This document shows, one piece after another, positions 62,081 through 64,000 of a stretch of 64,000 nt of DNA (positions are counted from its first letter, which is position 1; each line of letters begins with the position of its first letter). Both the position numbers and the translations under genes were made by a program. Source of the stretch: Limisphaerales bacterium (GTDB taxonomy: Bacteria; Verrucomicrobiota; Verrucomicrobiia; Limisphaerales; JBBRWD01); the NCBI GenBank assembly GCA_038249465.1, contig JBBRWD010000020.1, positions 10,191-74,190 on the forward strand, in the 5' to 3' direction. Under the pieces are notes generated by a model. It ran no database searches. It had not been told where the DNA came from and saw only the letters and a program-made list of their open reading frames with translations.

Positions 62081-62733
62081 ATGGCGGGAATCCTGATAGT
62101 CGTTGGCGAACAGAGCAGCCGCCGCACCTTGGGCGGGCTTCTGCGCGCCGACGGTTGCGAGGTGGTCGCGGCCTGAAGTTGCCGACACCGCCCTGCAGCG
62201 CCTGCAAGAAGGCGCATTCGGCGTGGCGGTGACGACATCATCGTGCCCCGCGTCACCAGGGGGGAACTGCTCCAACGCATTCACACCGATTCCGCATCCC
62301 CCAATTGTACACTTGGAAGGCTCCGGGAACCTCCGACGTAACGGGTGTCATTGCGCATCAAATCGAGGGCATGTCATCCGCCGATTTGAAACTGTGGCAC
62401 CCATGAACGCCGAGAAGCACAAAATCCTGCACATCCTGGTGAACCTGGTGCGTAACGCCAAGTACGCCTGCGATGCGTTGGAGCGCGCGGACAAGCGGCT
62501 GACACTGCGCGTGGCCAACGGTGATGGCCGGATCAGAATATCGGTGATGGATAACGGGGTCGGAATTGCGCCGGAGAATTTGACGCGCATCTTCAGTCAC
62601 GGCTTTACGACCCGCGAAGGTGGTCACGGCTTTGGCCTGCACAGCGGCGCTGGCGGCGAAGGAATTGGGCGGTTCGTTGACCGTTCACAGCGGCGGCCCC
62701 GGCCAGGGCGCCGCCTTCACCTTGGAACTGCCT
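62081..62733 (+). pseudogene. decayed REC-histidine kinase hybrid (multiple frameshifts, internal deletion)
   Basis: REC pieces lie in alternating frames: MAGILIVVGEQSSRRTLGGLLRADGCEVVAA then a stop at 62174, EVADTALQRLQEGAFGVAV, and DDIIVPRVTRGELLQRIH. HATPase_c boxes are present (ILVNLVRNAKYA, VMDNGVGIAPENLTRIFSHGFTT, GHGFGLHSG). The frame is lost near 62648-62651, before LAAKELGGSLTVHSGGPGQGAAFTLELP. Confidence 0.65.
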
Positions 62734-62790
62734 TGCCCGGACCGGGAGGACGCACATTCATGGACCACGCTCGCCGATGAGACCAAGAAT

Positions 62791-64000
62791 ATGAGATGCC
62801 CTCGTTCCAACGCCGCCGCCTGCTGGCTTTGCTGGCTGCCCGCATTCGCCTGCGCGCTCGTCCCGGGCGCCGCGCCCTGTGCGGGCGCTGCTCCCCAAGC
62901 CGCGGCCCAGCCTGCCGAGCCTGACTTCACGGCGATGAACCTGGAGGATCTAGGTGCCATCCAGGTGACCTCGGTCTATGCCGCGTCGAAGCGCGAGCAA
63001 AGCCTCGCGGACGCGCCGGCTTCGGTCACCATCGTCACGGCGCAGGACATCCAGCAGTACGGCTATCGCACGCTGGGCGACATCCTCAACAGCGTGGGCG
63101 GATTCTACGTGACGGGCGATCGCACCTACAACTTCCTCGGCGTGCGCGGAGTCAACCGGCCGGACGATTACGGCGGGCGCAATCTGCTCCTGATAGACGG
63201 CCACCGCCTGAACGAGGCGCTCTACGACAGCACGTCCTGGGGGCGCGATTTTCCCCTCGACGTGGATTTGATTGACCGGGTGGAAGTGGTGCGCGGTCCC
63301 GGTTCGATCCTTTACGGGAACAACGCCTTCTTCAGCGTGGTGAACGTGATTCCCAAGCGCGGGCGGGACTACAACTGGGGGGAGGTTTCCGTGGGCGGCG
63401 GCAACTTCGATTCCTACCAGGGCCGCTTCACGGTCGGGAAACAGTTCACCAACGGGCTGGAAGTTCTCTTCTCCGGCACTTACTTCGACAGCCAGGGCGA
63501 GAAGCGGACCAAGTATGTGTCGCTTGACCCCGCCACGCCTTTCCCGAACGGCGGGGTGGCGGAGAATTTGGATACCGAGCGGGCGTACTCGTTATTTACC
63601 CAGTTGCGCTATGGCGATTTCACGCTGGCGGGCGCGTACGCCTCGCGGGAGAAAGCCCTGTCCACCGCCTCCTACTTCTCCTCCGGCGCGGTGTTCAACG
63701 ACCCGAAGGCGCTGAATACCGACGAGCCGTCCTACCTCGACCTGAAGTATGAGCGGGAGTTAGGGAATGATTGGTCGGTGCTCGCGCGGGTCGGGTACAA
63801 TCGCTACGACTACCACGCCCTGCAGCAATACGATTACGTCGGCCTTGGGAATCCCGCCGACTACACCGTCAATTACGACCAGATGCTCTCGCAAGCCGTG
63901 GCCGGCGAGGTGCAGGTGGGCAAGACGCTCTTTGACCGGTACGTGATCACCACCGGCGCGGAGTTTCGCGAGTTGTTCGACAACTTTTACCAGAACGAGG
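62791..64000 (+). CDS. TonB-dependent receptor (N-terminal part; runs off window end)
   Basis: Absent from the ORF track because there is no stop before the window end. Manual translation is open from the ATG at 62791 to position 64000. Plug-domain motifs: SVTIVTAQDIQQYGYRTLGDILNSVGGFYV, GVRGVNRPDDYGGRNLLLIDGHRLN, IDRVEVVRGPGSILYGNNAF. The exact start is uncertain. Confidence 0.85.
   Translation, partial: MRCPRSNAAACWLCWLPAFACALVPGAAPCAGAAPQAAAQPAEPDFTAMNLEDLGAIQVTSVYAASKREQSLADAPASVTIVTAQDIQQYGYRTLGDILNSVGGFYVTGDRTYNFLGVRGVNRPDDYGGRNLLLIDGHRLNEALYDSTSWGRDFPLDVDLIDRVEVVRGPGSILYGNNAFFSVVNVIPKRGRDYNWGEVSVGGGNFDSYQGRFTVGKQFTNGLEVLFSGTYFDSQGEKRTKYVSLDPATPFPNGGVAENLDTERAYSLFTQLRYGDFTLAGAYASREKALSTASYFSSGAVFNDPKALNTDEPSYLDLKYERELGNDWSVLARVGYNRYDYHALQQYDYVGLGNPADYTVNYDQMLSQAVAGEVQVGKTLFDRYVITTGAEFRELFDNFYQNE

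Noticed and set aside
62795-62920. Alternative start for the TonB-receptor gene in another frame (MPSFQRRRLLALLAA.., a better-looking signal peptide).
   Set aside because: That frame terminates after about 42 codons. Only the frame starting at 62791 stays open through the plug-domain motifs. A frameshift in the signal region is possible but unprovable here.
63290-63320. tRNA T-arm-like string ggttcgatcc.
   Set aside because: It lies inside the open TonB-receptor reading frame (..RGPGSILYG..). I could not build acceptor, D or anticodon stems around it. No other tRNA-like sequence was seen in the intergenic regions.

Overview
High-GC chromosomal segment: hand counts of sample 60-nt lines give about 62-68% G+C, falling to 43-58% in two genes. 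The gene content is typical of the PVC superphylum, most likely Verrucomicrobiota. This is an inference from family content only: a DUF1800/DUF1501 pair, a prepilin-type N-terminus protein with an H-X9-DG-like C-terminus, and Tat-signal Gfo/Idh/MocA genes with a PmoA-family partner. I call 47 protein-coding genes, two of them cut by the window edges and therefore missing from the ORF track, plus 2 decayed genes. I found no rRNA, tRNA, CRISPR array, integrase or transposase gene. Coding content is mostly housekeeping and envelope functions: cydAB, lptD, aroB, a eukaryote-type hisA, a PHP-type histidinol phosphatase, a NifS/IscS-type desulfurase, an M3 oligopeptidase, OppD/OppF-type ATPases, a MacAB-like efflux operon with two permease paralogues, three tandem CNNM/CorC-type genes, and glycan-related secreted proteins. 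There are two type II toxin-antitoxin pairs (ParE-type at 30756..31276, RHH-PIN at 39036..39658), an ECF sigma factor with a TM/HEAT-like extension, and a NarL-type response regulator. The most unusual property is the intergenic DNA, which holds at least eight families of palindromic repeats. Three are REP/REPIN-like families whose arms start with GTAG, and three are MITE-like families with terminal inverted repeats. The others are a G/C-rich cruciform family and inverted arrays of a 10-bp unit. Several elements sit inside operons or supply the stop codon of the neighbouring gene. I did not recognise an unambiguous new multi-gene system. The best candidates for follow-up are: (1) an aldo/keto-reductase homologue lacking 3 of 4 catalytic-tetrad residues, in an operon with an intact DJ-1/PfpI gene (20151..21637); (2) a ParE-type TA pair embedded between the two ATPase genes of a permease-less Opp/Dpp-type ABC unit (29746..32251); (3) the GTAG-headed REPIN families with no RAYT gene in the window; (4) the tightly coupled triple CNNM operon (48279..51871); (5) a decay zone at 59565..62733 with a frameshifted GH5 remnant and a REC-histidine-kinase remnant. 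All functional calls rest on motif recognition from memory and need database confirmation.
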